DNA of 64,000 nt from Scyliorhinus canicula (Eukaryota). Every line of letters begins with the position of its first letter. Position 1 is the stretch's first letter. The stretch covers positions 15,294,260-15,358,259 of the forward strand of contig NC_052149.1 of the NCBI RefSeq assembly GCF_902713615.1, given 5' to 3'. A program made the translations under genes and the position numbers. This document shows positions 1 through 12,435 of the stretch, piece after piece. The notes below the pieces were generated by a model. It was given only the letters and a program-made list of their open reading frames with translations, was not told the DNA's origin and searched no databases.

Positions 1-362
1 CCTCAATTGTCGGCTCAAATATGCAGTTTAAAAGGAGGTGGTGGCTAGTGGTATTGTCACTGGACTAGTAATCCAGATTGTTCTGGGGATGAAGTCATCC
101 AGGGCAGGATTCAATTAAAAAAAATCTGGAATTAAAAATCTGATGAGGAGCATGGAATTATTTCCGATTCAGTCTGCGTGGGTTTCCTCCTGATGCTCCG
201 GTTTCCTCCCACCAGTCCCGAAAGACATGCTTGTTAGGTGAATTGGACACTCTGAATTCTCCCTCTGTGTACCCGAACAGGCGCCGGAATGTGGTGACGA
301 GGGGATTTTCACAGTATCTTCATTGCAGTGTTAATGTAAGCCTACTTGTGACACAAATAAAG

Positions 363-397
<35 letters not shown>

Positions 398-1270
398 CCT
401 TTTGGGAGTGGAAATCTATCCATTCTTACCTGGTCTGGCCTACATGTGACTCCAGATCCACAGCAATATGGATGACTTTTAAATGCCCTTTGAAGTGGCT
501 GAGCAAGCCACTCAGTTCAACGGGAATTTAGGGATGGGCAATAAATGATGATCCAGCCAATGGCATCCACATCCCATGAGTTAATAGGGGGAGGTTGTTG
601 GGTTACGGGTATAGGGTGGATACGTGGGTTTGAGTAGGGTGATCATGGCTCGGCACAACATCGAGGGCCGAAGGGCCTGTTCTGTGCTGTACTGTTCTAT
701 GTTCTATGTTCTAATTCTTATTTTTTTTTCGGTGGCACAGTGGTTAGCATTGCTGCCTACGGCGCTGAGGACCTGGGTTCAAATCCCGGCTCTGGGTCAC
801 TGTCCGTGTGGAGTTTGCACATTCTCCCCGTGTCTGCGTGGGTTTCACCCCCACAACCCAAAGATGTGCAGGGTATGTGGATTGGCCACGCTAAATTGCC
901 CCATAATTGGAAAAAATGTATTGGGTACTCTAAATTCAAAAATAAAATTCTTAATTTGTTTTTAAAAAGAGGTGAAATCACAAAAAGCCAGAACTGCCTG
1001 AAGGTCTATTGGAAGCATCTGTCATAAACCTCAGAACGGTGGAGCCTCACAGGGAGCTTGGAGACACTGAAGACCCAGGAAAGGAGATAAGATGTTGAAT
1101 ACGCGTGGCACAAGTTCTCAAAAAGGGGCAACCGTCATTAGCATAGATCTCAGCGATGCCCAAGCATCAAGGAGATAACAACAACTTCATTTATCTAGCA
1201 CCTCTAATACAATGAAACGTCCAAAGGCAATGAAACAAAAATGGACTTTGAAGTGGTTGATAACTCTGAC

Positions 1271-1406
1271 CTTTAAATGTGCATTTTCCAGCCGGAGATC
1301 AGAAATTTCCAGGTTGCTGATTGTTAACTTGTCGAGAAGTTCATGGCTTGTTGATCTGCTCTTTTCTGTAGAGCTTTGAAGCTGTTCCTCGAGGACAGCC
1401 ACCCCA
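1271..1406 (-). CDS. ODF2L: ODF2-family (ODF2L-like) coding exon 12 (last one traced; gene continues off the left edge)
   Basis: Acceptor ...caacaaacag|, donor AAG|GTCAGA, phase 2->0. Encodes GVAVLEEQLQSSTEKSRSTSHELLDKLTISNLEISDLRLENAHLK, resembling the recalled ODF2L segment ending ...LNLENTKLK. ODF2 vs ODF2L paralog assignment is uncertain. Confidence 0.8.
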
Positions 1407-1970
1407 CTGTTTGTTGAAATGATTAGATGTGTTAGCCCAGTGCAGGTCTTTTTCTGATAAAGTTTTCAATCGAGGTTTCTTACACACACAGCACTTGTTT
1501 TGTGTTCACAATTTGTGGACATGTAGTAAACCTGTAATACTGCCGACTTGCTATTTATTATGAGCCAGTTATCTTTCCAGTGTTGATTTACATTGTAATT
1601 TTTCTTATTACACCTCAGAAGGAGAAGTAGTGGCCTTTAACCACCTTGGGTCGTCATTACTTTTCTTTATAAGGTTTCACTAACTATTAGTCGTCTATTG
1701 TTTTCACATCCCCAGATGCCCGAGAGAAGGTAGCGATGAACTGCCTTCTTGAACTGCTGCACTCCACGTGAGACACTTACTGTTAGGAAGGGTGTTTCAG
1801 ATTTAAGGGTGTTTCAGATTTTGGAAGTGCCCAACAGTGAAGGAACGGCGATATAGTTCCAAGTCAGGATGTTGTCAATGCCAGGTAAGAACCATCTCCA
1901 ACAGGAGAGAATCTAACCATCGTCCCTTGACATTCAATGGCATTACCATTGCAGAATCCCGCACAAACAT

Positions 1971-2568
1971 GGGCTGGATTCTCCGCAGCTTCGCGCCAAA
2001 GTCGCGGCCGGCGCGGGGGCGGAGAATCCACTTTCACGCCGTAATTGGGCCCGGCTCTCGTCCTACGATTCTCCGGGCCCCGAAAATTGGCGTGACCTCG
2101 GAGTACGCCACGCCGCCTGGTGGCCATTGCCAGAGGCCCATTCAGCAATCCTCCGCTCTGGACCGGCCACGTTCCCGACAACGACTTGGAACTAACCACC
2201 TATTGCCGGTCGGGATGCCGGCTGCAGACTCAGTCCGCAGCCGCCCAGGTTGTGGGCGTGGGGATCGGAGGCCGGGGAGGGGTGCCTTATAGGCGGCCGG
2301 GGTTAAATCTGCGCAGTTTTAAGCTCGGGCGTGCGGCCGATCGGTGGGGGTCTCTTTTCTCTGTGTGTCTCCGTGGTCCGAGTCTGCCGTGGAGCACGGC
2401 GCGGCTGCTGGAGGCCGCCGCCTTACGTATGCGTGGACTCCAAACTGGAAGTGCGGGGCTGTGTATCCGCAGCTAAAGCTTTACGAGATTTACTCCGAGT
2501 CCCTGCTCGCCCCCTGCCAATTTTACGCCAGCGTGGGGACATTATCTCATTTTGGGAGAATCCAGCCT
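1971..2568. mobile_element. Non-autonomous DNA transposon (PIF/Harbinger-like MITE), GC-rich
   Basis: TIRs GGGCTGGATTCTCC ... GGAGAATCCAGCC(T); inserted in a LINE 3' fragment; 3-bp flanks cat/ctt match imperfectly. Confidence 0.6.
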
Positions 2569-2569
2569 C

Positions 2570-3118
2570 TTAAGTTCAAAGATGTAGAAGCAGAATTAGG
2601 CATTTGGCCCATCGAGTCTCCTCCACCATTCGATCATGGCTGATCTCATCATGGCCTCAACGCCACAACCCTTCAACTCATTAGCAATTAAAAATCTGTC
2701 CAACTCCTCCTGAAATTTACTCACTGTCCCAGCATCCACCACACTCTGGGGTAGCGAATTCCACAGATTCACAACCCTTTGGGAGTAGTTTCTCCTCATC
2801 TCGGTTTTAAATTTCGCTACCTCTTATACTGAGACTATGACCTCTTGTTCCACAATGCCCCACAAGAGGAAGCATCTGCTCCACATCTACTTTATCCATA
2901 CCTTTTATCATCTTATATCACTCAATTTAATCTCCCCTCGTTCTTCTAAACTCTAGATAGTAAAGGCATAAACTGTTCAATCTCTCTTCAAACGACAAAC
3001 CCCTCATCCCTGGAATCACCCCAGTGAACTTCCTCTTAACTGCCTCCAGTGCCACTACATCTTTCCTCAAATAAGGGAACCAAAACTGTGCCCCCACTAC
3101 TCCAGGTGTGGTCTCAGC
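2570..3118 (-). mobile_element. CR1-type LINE 3' fragment
   Basis: Minus-strand peptides YSQRVVNLWNSLPQ and PYLRKDVVALEAV...YYLEFRRTRGD are typical of the CR1 ORF2 C-terminus. Confidence 0.75.
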
Positions 3119-3505
3119 AATCAACATCCTGGGGGTTATCATTGACCAGGAACTGAACTGGACCAGCCATATAAATACTGTGGCTACAAGAGCAGGTCAG
3201 AGGCTAGGGATTCTGTAGCAATCCTGACTCCCCAAAGACTTCACCATCTACAAGGCACAAGTCAGGAGTGTGATGGAATACTCTCCCCTTACCTGGATGA
3301 GTGCAGCTCCAACAACGCTTAAGAAGCTTAACATCACCCAGAGCAAAGCAGCCCCGCTTGATTGGCACTCAATCCACAAACATTCACTCCCTCCACCACT
3401 GATGAACAGTGGCAGTCATGCGTACCAGTTACAAGATGCACTGCAGGAATTCACCAAAGTTCCTTAGGCAGCAACTTCCAAACCCACGACCGCTTCCATC
3501 TAGAA

Positions 3506-3892
3506 CAGGGGTGGGCAAACTACGGCCCGCGGGCCGCATGCGGCCCGCCAAAGGTATTTCTGCGGCCCACCAAGTCATTAAAAAAAAAAAAAAAAAATTT
3601 TTTTTTTTAATTTTTTTTTTTTTTAATTTTTTTTTAAGGTTAATAGGGGGGGGGGCTGTTGGGTTACTTACTGGTATAGGGTGGATACGTTGACTTGAGT
3701 AGGGTGATCATTGCTCGGCACAACGTCGAGGGCCGAAGGGCCTGTTCTGTGCTGTACTGTTCTATGTTCTATATGAGGCGCCCAGAATCATAACCGGGTG
3801 AAGTAATTATTTTACTTAATATACTATGCGGCCCTTTGTGAATTGTGAATTTCTGAATGTGGCCCTTGCACGGAAAAGTTTGCCCACCCCTG
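3506..3892. mobile_element. hAT-type MITE carrying an internal SINE/LINE 3' tail
   Basis: Perfect TIR CAGGGGTGGGCAAACT / AGTTTGCCCACCCCTG; 8-bp TSD ATCTAGAA at 3498-3505 and 3893-3900. Confidence 0.9.
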
Positions 3893-4115
3893 ATCTAGAA
3901 GAACAAGAGCAGCAGATATCTCGGTACATCACCACCTAGAGCTTCCCCTCCAAGTCACTCACCATCCTGACTTAGAAATATATCGACTGTTCCTTCACTG
4001 TCGCTGGGTCAAACTCCTGGGGCTCATTTCCAACAGCACTGTGGGAGTACCTACACCACATGAACTCTAGCGGTTCATGAACGCAGCTCACCACCATCTT
4101 CTCAAGTGCAACTGA

Positions 4116-4420
4116 TAATAATAATCTTTATTGCCACAAGTAGGCTTACATTAACACTGCAATGAAGTTACTGTGAAAAGCCCCGAGTCGCCACACTCCG
4201 GTACCTGTCTGGGTACACAGAGGGAGAATTCAGAATGTCCAAATTACCTAACATGCACGTCTTTCGGGACTTGTGGGAGGAAACTGGAGCACCCGGAGGA
4301 AACCCACGCAGACACGGGGAGAATGTGCAGACTCTGCACTGACAGTGACCCGAGCCGGGAATCGAACCTGGGACCCTGGCGCTGTGAAGCGACAGTGCTA
4401 ACCACTGTGCTACCATGCTA
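4116..4420 (-). mobile_element. tRNA-derived V-domain SINE (HE1-like). Representative of more than 20 copies, e.g. ~731-960, 7884-8133, 14345-14574, 16968-17236, 19990-20220, 34378-34690, 35713-36022, 36418-36760, 51395-51741, 54740-55005, 55497-55840, 56301-56660, 56850-57130, 60928-61227
   Basis: tRNA-like head with A/B boxes (TAGCACAGTGG, GGTTCGATTCC), central GTGGGTTTCCTCCGGGTGCTCCGGTTTCCTCCCAC block, and LINE-derived tails. Confidence 0.85.
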
Positions 4421-5737
4421 GGGACAGGCAATGAATGCTGGCCTAGCCAGCCACACCCATATCCTATGAATGAATTTTTAAAAAAAATTAAACAGTGCGC
4501 AGCTTGCAGGGAAACGAGGAAACGTAGTGGTTACCGTGCAGCTGCTCCTTGTCCTTCGAGTTGATAAAGGTCATGGGTTTGGAGGAGCTTGGAGACGGTG
4601 CACATTGCTGCCACTGTGCGTCAGGGGTGGAGAGTGTGAATGTTTTCGGTGCTGGAAGGGGTGTTTAGGCAAAGCAAGTGCCGGTGACCCTGCTAGTTTT
4701 TACCTCACTGACCTGATCAGCGGTCTGGATGCAAACTGATGCAGCTTTGCCCCAAGTTTCCAATGTGTTCAGCCTGACCACTCCACCAAGGCAGGCAAGG
4801 CTTTGAGGTCTTCAGCAGGATTCCCACCCTATTAATGTCAGCGAGTGGACTGCTCTTCCCTCACTCCCACCTCAATGCCCAGCAAAAGTGCACTTTTCAC
4901 GTCGGCTGCGCACCGAATGTTTGGTTTCGGGAAGTTTTTGAACTTACTGGGGCATTACATTAACGTTCCGTTCAAATGACAAAGACCAAATACTCAGGTT
5001 CATTGCAAAAATAGGTGGATGAAAAATGGTTTTGATGGAGCAGATGGGGGTGGGTGGTGAGGAGGGGGGGGTGGGGGGGGGGGGGGGGGGGGGGGCGTGT
5101 TTCCACTGCCAGGAAGCAATAACCAGAGGACACCGATGACAGACAATTCACAAGAGAATCAGGGAGGCGATGAGGAACCAGTAAGTTATGATGATCTGGG
5201 ACCCATTGTCTAAAAGGGTGGTGGAAGACCTATCAGCAGTAACTTTCAGAAGGGAATGTATACATATAGAAGGAAAGGGTGAAGGGGGAAGAATGGAGGA
5301 GTGAACACCATTTGAACAGTTCTTGGAAAGATGCTGCGCACACACACGCACTCTCGCATGTGCACGCACGCACACACACACACACTAATTGAATTGTGTT
5401 TTTAAAAATATATTCTTCACGGGATGATAGATCGGCAGCAAAGTTAATATTTGTTGCTCCTCCCTCACTGCCCTCGAGAAGGTGATGGCAAGCCACCATC
5501 TTGAACTGCTGTCAGGGATATCCACACTGCTGTCAGGGAGGGAGTCCCAGTCAGTGAAGGAACGGTGATACATTTCCAAGTCAAGGCGGTGTGTGACTTG
5601 GAGGGGAACTTGCAGGCAGTGGGATCTGCTTCCCTTCCTCCTGCCACACCATTCTAATGAAAGGAACAATGAACTATTAAATTAATTATATTTTTGTGGA
5701 TTTTCACAGGTGAGCGACCTAGCTTATCTGTACTTGG

Positions 5738-6398
5738 TGTCATGTGAGAGTACCTTTAAGAAATGAATGTTTAAGCAATGTACCTTTAAGAAATGAATGT
5801 TTAAGCAATGTACCTTTAAGAAATAAAGCAGCTTATATTACTGAAGTGATGTCAGAGGGTGGGGGCGCTGAGCTCACTTCTGCTTTTAGTTTCAGTTTGA
5901 GAGAGAGCAGCTGAAAAGTGCCTAGCTGGTTTGTTGTGAGCTGTTTGAAAGGAAAAGCCAGTTTTGAGGAAAAGAGCTTGGGTGTGTCTGTGTTTGCAGT
6001 GAACTGGATCTGCCGTGATCTCTGCCAGGAAAGACTATCTCTGAATCATTTGGGTAATTTAAACTCATAATAGTAATGTCTTTAACCTGACGTGTTTCTG
6101 TTTAAAGGTGTTAAGTCTTTTGGAGGTTTGAAGGAACATTTTGAGGGATTATTTAGTGTTGTATTATTTTCGAGGTTATCTTTGAAGGGGTGGTAAATGA
6201 TCCAATGTTTATTTAAAAAGGTTAAGTTGAATTCATGGAATAAACATTGTTTTGTGTTTAAAAACCCACATGTCCATAATTGTAATACCACACCTGGAGA
6301 ACAAGCCGTGTGCTTCAAAAGCAACAATACATTAAAGGGAGGGGCTGGTTGAACTCCAGGATACATTTTGGGGTTCTGAAAACGCCGCTCCCATAATA
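5738..6398 (+). mobile_element. Solo LTR
   Basis: Starts TGTCATG, ends CCCATAATA (CA mutated to TA), 4-bp TSD TTGG (5734-5737 / 6399-6402), AATAAA near 6239. Confidence 0.75.
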
Positions 6399-6805
6399 TT
6401 GGTCACAATGCCAGGGACCCGGCTTCAATTCGCGGCTTGGGTCACTGTCTGTGCTGAGTCTGCATGTTCTCCCCGTGTCTTCGTGGGTTTACTCCGGGCG
6501 CTCCGGTTTCCTCCCACATGTCCCGCCTGTTGGGTAAATTGGACATTCTGAATTCTCCCTCAGTGTACCCGAACAGGCGCTGGAGTGTGGCAACTAGGGG
6601 ATTTCCACAGTAACTTCATTGCAGTGTTAATGTAAGTCTACTTGTTACACTAATAACGATTATTAGACAATAAATCAAAATAAATGGTGCAAGAAATTTT
6701 GAGTATAATTAATTCCTTACGAAAAAGTGAAAGAGGGCAGTGCAAGGACTGAATTTATCACAATTCTTCATGTTTACTAAATTCTAACAAATCAGCTCGA
6801 CTCAC

Positions 6806-6915
6806 TTGAAAAGAGAAATAATCTCAGTTTCTAACTGGGCCTTCTCTTCAGCAGCTGAATCGTGTTTCTTCTTCCAGGTGTCAACGGTCAGACGGGTTTC
6901 TAATAGCTTCAGATC
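6806..6915 (-). CDS. ODF2L: ODF2L-like coding exon 11
   Basis: ttcttag|GAT CTG AAG... DLKLLETRLTVDTWKKKHDSAAEEKAQLETEIISLF, donor AA|GTGAGT. Phase 0->2 matches the next exon. Confidence 0.82.
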
Positions 6916-7302
6916 CTAAGAAATGTTTCAGGGCATACAAAGGAAGCGGAGTCATTGTGTTAGCACGCCCAAGGTCAAAGCGATGAGAAGATCCCCAAGG
7001 TTTTATCCCCAGGGTGCGCCGGGATTCCTGACCGACAGTGGAGCAGCCGCGCTGGTGTCACAGCTGCTTAAAGACCCTGGGCTGGGGATGGTGCGGGATG
7101 CCGAGATTGCAACTCAAAGCCCCCAACCCCATTTAGTTTCAACACCCCCTTACCAGCTGTGATTCTCCAATTCAGAACAGACCAGCAACCAAATCGAGGT
7201 CCGTTCTGGGTGATAAGGTTCAGACACTCATTGAGGCGCCGGAAACGTTTAGAAAAAGAAAACAAGAGGGTGGCTTTTCCAGGAATAGTAAATTCAAGAT
7301 AC

Positions 7303-7488
7303 CTTTTCTTTGATCTGGGAGTGAAGGTTTTCCAGAGCAGCTTCAAATCTCTCCGCTCTCCTCTTTTGAGCTCGCGTTGCCTTCTTCAGAACCTCCTTGT
7401 CCACCTCAGCTTTTTCCTTCAGGGCTGATAACTGCGATCGAAGGTGCGCAATTTGCAACTTTTGGTCAATTACAGTCCTCTCGTGTTT
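7303..7488 (-). CDS. ODF2L: ODF2L-like coding exon 10
   Basis: 186 bp, AG/GT bounded. KHERTVIDQKLQIAHLRSQLSALKEKAEVDKEVLKKATRAQKRRAERFEAALENLHSQIKEK resembles recalled ODF2 DKESLKKAIRAQKERAEK. Confidence 0.88.
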
Positions 7489-8476
7489 CTGGAATATTGA
7501 AAGGTAGATTGCCTTTTTGCCCAATAGCCACTAGAGGTCCTCAGGCACATACTGATTATAAACATATGGGCAAGACCAGTGAGGCATCATAAAACACTTG
7601 GACCCAATTAAAGTAAAGCAGGAGAATAAGTAACACATAGGGTTTATAGCACAGATGTCCCATAGTTTCTGATAAGAATCGATGAAAAATGGAGTTACTT
7701 CAGCTGTACCAGCTATATATGTTATAAACAAGAAACTTAATTCTACCTATTGTGGCCCAGTTAGTTTTGTGCATGCTCGAAGATACTACATATGCAGGTA
7801 ATTCTGGCTGCCTGTTGCATTCCTCATTATAATCACTCCAGCACCGGCGGTTGTGCTTTCAGCTGCCAAGGTCCTGAGATCGAGCGGCACAATGGTTAGC
7901 ACCGCTGCCTCCCAGCTTCTCCCACAGTCCAAAGATGCACAGGTTAGGTGGATTGGCCACGCTAAATTGCCCCTTAGCGTCCAAAGGTTGTGGGGGTGGT
8001 TACTGGGTTACGAGGATAGAGTGGAGGTATGGGCTTATGTAGGGTCCTCTTTCAAGGGCCAGTGTAGACTCGATGGGCTGAGTGGCCTCCTTCTGCACTG
8101 TAAATTCTATGATTCTATGATCATGATTCTATGAGTCCCTAAACTTCCCCTTACAATTTACTACTGTGACCAAGTGTTTGGTCATTTGACCTAATATATT
8201 ATTATGTGACCCCCCCCTCCCCCCACCAAGTGAGACTTTGCTTTATAATGCAAGGGTCAGATTTTACGTTGCAGTGCTCCTGTCAAGCACTCTGCTAAAT
8301 TATGTTAAAGACCCTGTCTAAATATAAGTTGTTGTTTTATGTACATCCCAGGGATGCCCTCACTTTCAACCAGCTTTGTTCTGACTGCAAGGGGCTGCCT
8401 GCCTTGCCTTGGATTTGCCAGAGGGAAGAATGAGTTATTTTCTAGCCTGCCCACTCCGCCAATCCCACTGTAAACC

Positions 8477-9101
8477 GGTCTACAGAAGCTAAAGAACTTT
8501 AGTATGTCTGCATCGACTCTCACAAACTTCTACAGATGTGCCATAGAGAGCATCCTATCCGGCTGCATCACAGCTTGGTATGGCAACTGCTCGGCCCAAG
8601 ATCACAAGAAACTGCAGAGTGTGGTGAACACAGCCCAACGCATCACACAAGCTTGCCACCCCCACATTGATTCTGTCTACACCTCCCGCTGCCTCAGGAA
8701 GGCAGACAGCATTATCAGAGACCCCTCCCATCCTGGCATTGCCTTCTTCCAGCCCCTTCCATCAGGCAGAAGGTACAGAAGTCTGAAGACCCGCACATCC
8801 AGACATAGGAACAGCTTCTTCCCCACAGCTACAAGACTCCTCAACGACTCCCCCTCAGACTGATCTGTTCCCTGTAAGAACACTATTCACGATGCCCTAT
8901 GCTGTTCTTGCTCATGTATTTGCTTTGTTTGGGCCCTTGCTCCGCACTGTAACCAATCACTGTTTTGCCGATGTACCATTTGTCAATGTTCTCTGTTGAT
9001 CATTCTTGTGTCTACTATGGACGTACTGTGTATGTTCCTCGGCCGCAGAAAAATACTTTTCACTGTACTTCGGTACATGTGACAATAAATCAAATCAAAT
9101 C
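8477..9101 (+). mobile_element. Rex1/Babar-like LINE 3' end (5'-truncated)
   Basis: ORF TLTNFYRCAIESILSGCITAWYGNCS...RTSRHRNSFFPTATRLLN, followed by a 3' UTR ending CATGTGACAATAAATCAAATCAAATC. Confidence 0.8.
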
Positions 9102-9687
9102 TCCCATCATAAGCAATTCCCTCTGTTACAGATTGTCATGTTGAGTACAGTGGCCTTATAAGCCTTTCTCCTATGTAATTGTTTTACTGGAGTCTGTTGA
9201 GGGTTCTGAGCATGTGCGAGCTTTGGGGAGGTTTTTCAGTCTGCAAGAGGGTGGCCTGTGATCAAGACCTATATTACTGGAGCCCCTGTGTTCACAGTTA
9301 TGACTGTTAATACTGTTACTTCTGAGTTGCTGTTAAACTTTGTTATTCATCTATATAAAGAAGTTCCTTCTTTCAAACAGCACATTTCACTACCTTTTTT
9401 GTGGTTTCAAGTAACCACACCCTCCATCTCAGCTATAACCCTGGTTAACGATCCAGTATTGTTTGGCCATCTGCTCTTCCAGATGTCAATAAATGCAGAT
9501 TATATGAGAAAGTTGAATCGTAAACGGAATGAAACAATGATTCTGGCCCATATGCATTTTATTGCTTTTGTAGTATACTCATTCAAGCATTGTGCAGTTT
9601 CATAAAAAACCCTTCAGGTAATTAAGGCAACAGATTAAAATATTATAGCGCGTGTTTATATTTAGTTGCCAAATTTCTAGCTTGTCC

Positions 9688-10163
9688 TGTTTTGTTATGC
9701 TCTTGACGTAGCATAAGCTGCTTCCTTGATGTGCACTCTGACAAAGGAAGGTTCAGACTTGGAGATAGCTTTAACACGTTTATTAAACTGTTAACGATTC
9801 TCCTACTTGGATTCGACTCTCCTGTTAATCCTGCTATAGCTACTCAGACCATCTAACCAGTCTGCTATAATCCACGTGGTTGGTGATGTGTTTCAATCAA
9901 CCCTGTGTACTGACTAAGTGTCTCCACTGGAAAGAGGAAGACCATGTGTGCTTTGTCCTTATATATGAGTTGGTGTAATGCCCCCCTGTGGTGGTGTCAC
10001 CTGTGTGTGTGTCTTGAATGCCCATTGGTCGTGTCCTATCTTACTGACCTATTGGTTGACTGTCTGTGTGTGATGATGTCTCTGGTGTCCCCTCTAGTGT
10101 CTAGCTCGGTGTAGTGTGTTCACATTAACCCCTTGTGTATTTACAGTGATGCATATCACCACA
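9688..10163 (-). mobile_element. Solo LTR (Gypsy-like)
   Basis: TG...CA termini; 5-bp TSD TGTCC (9683-9687 / 10164-10168); AATAAA on the minus strand near 9780. Confidence 0.8.
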
Positions 10164-10996
10164 TGTCCCAATCAGCAAGATCAAAGATTGCTTTGGTAAT
10201 CTAAATTGGTATTGCTATTCTGATAGGGAGAGGATTTATTGCAGTGCAATGATATCTAAACTATATGCGGCATAAAAACAATCAAAAACAGTTTGCAGCT
10301 GAATCAAAACACAGCCCATTGCTATCCTGATGTGAAACATACTTTCAAAGTTTGCACCATTGTTCCAGCCTTGACATTTCTATTTTTCAACCAATCTGGT
10401 TGGAGGGCATGAATTCAGTGGACAGGTTGCTGAAGTGCCACTTGTAGCGAACGTCACAGGGACCCCATTCTATAATTGGCTTCCCACCAGAAGCTGAAAA
10501 AATGCTGGTTAAGTATCTCCTGAATGAAGCTGCCATGCAAATCTTGCAGCAGCAATGCATGAGAAATAAGAAACCCGGCCCATTCCCTGGGGGAAAAATT
10601 CTCTCTCCCGGGCGGTATTTTCCATGCAACCCCGGATGCGGCCCGCCATTGGCCCAGCCGTCGTCAGCGGGTTTTCCCTTTGATTGCACCCCTCGCCATT
10701 GGCACCCTGCAGCGGGATGGTCCATCGGCAAGACTGGAAGATCCCTGCCAGTGTGAGCAGGCGGAGAATCCCAGCCCTCGTCTTTAATTGGGTGATGTTT
10801 CAGCCCTTAAAACTGAAGCAACCTACGTGTTAATCATAGAATTTACAGTGCAGAAGGAGTCCATTCAACCCATCGAATATGCAGCGGCCCTTGTATAAAG
10901 CACTCCCTTAAGGCCGTGCCTCCACCATATCCCTGTAACCCCGTAACTCAGTAACCCCACCCAACCGTTTTGTACATTACGGGCAATTTAGCATGG

Positions 10997-12435
10997 TGTA
11001 ATTGAAAATACAGAAAAATGTGTCATTTGAAACATGGAAGTCTGGCAATATCTGGTCTGAGAGGATACAGGGAAAGATCCCACAAAAGGTTAATAGCAGC
11101 TGCAAAGAGCAGGATTAAAAAAATGCAGATTCTTTCTCACAAGCAGGCTTAGCAAACACACAGGTTTCATGTGATAAGCTAAAACAATGGCTCACACCTT
11201 CATGGAATGTAACTATCTGAGGAAGCATCTGGAAAGCATGGATGAGAGTTTCAATTTAATTAAGTGACGAATGTTTAAAACAGGCAGGTCTTTCAAGTCA
11301 TAACCAAGTTAAACTTTAGCATAAAGTTAAAAGCAAAGTTTCACACCTTAATTGAAATGAACTCTCTTAGTAAACAGCTGGAAAGGATGGATGATGTTCA
11401 GTCGAATTTGGTGTTAATTCTAAGTATAAAATTCTACTAACATCAAGTCAATTAAAAGCAAATTGGAGACGACCTGTCTACAAGAAACATAATTTAAAGT
11501 CAAAATCATAGGCAAAGTTATGAGCTGGGGACAATTGGAAAATTAAACAATTCGAAATCACAGAAATAAAAGTAACACCTATTGAAACCAAAGCATTTTG
11601 TAATCAGATCTGAGAGGTGACGTTATGCCCAAATTGAATAATTAGTTGTATTAGAATGTTTACATCAAAGATACTTTTTAACAATCAAAGGGAAATAAGT
11701 TAATTTACAATAAGGCTCTAAAAACTTAATAATTGTTAGAAAGAGAATATAAACCCAGGTAGCAGAAGCAGAACAGCAACAGTAACAGCAACAGGAGAGA
11801 AGGGGAGGAGAACTCAGATAGAGAGAGAGAGAGCTCGGTCATGGGAAAGACAAGGCAAGCAGCCGAGTTTAAACAGCTATACATCTAAGGAAGACTAGAA
11901 TTTAAACAGGAGTCAGAGTCAGCTTAGAGATAGCTAGCAGTTAGCTCTTATAGCTCAGTACATGGATCGACAAGACACAGCAACAGAGATAACCAGCGAT
12001 TACATCCCAAGATGACCAGAATTTAAAGAAGATTGAGTGTCAAGGTGGGCCTGAAGGTCCCTTCGACCAACCAGCAGGATCCAGAAGCAAGATCTTTTTA
12101 CCTTTCTGTAAAGAAAGTGTTTGCAGCTTTTAAAAGAAAAAATATAATAAAATAACTTACTTAACCTGAAAAAGTGTTTTTTTCCTAAAGTCTACGTTAC
12201 TTACTTAGCAACGTGGGACCCAGGACATCGATGCTACTAAGTGGTAGGTAGATAAAATCTTCGATGAAGGTAAGGGTTATACTGGGGGATAACTTGAAAA
12301 TATAGTTTGACCTGAATGGCACCCACCGAAGTCTGCATCGGAGTCAGGGAGTGAGAATCCCTGTTCACCATTTAGAATATCGGCCCTTTTTGGTATAGGG
12401 GGAATTCTAAGAAGAGTGGTGAGTTTTCAAAAACA
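10997..12435 (+). mobile_element. Long (1439 bp) solo LTR inserted into a V-SINE
   Basis: TGTAATTG...AAAAACA termini; 4-bp TSD ATGG (10993-10996 / 12436-12439). The SINE sequence GGGCAATTTAGCATGG|CCAATCCACC is split exactly at the TSD. TATA-like site near 11747, AATAAA near 12146. Confidence 0.85.
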
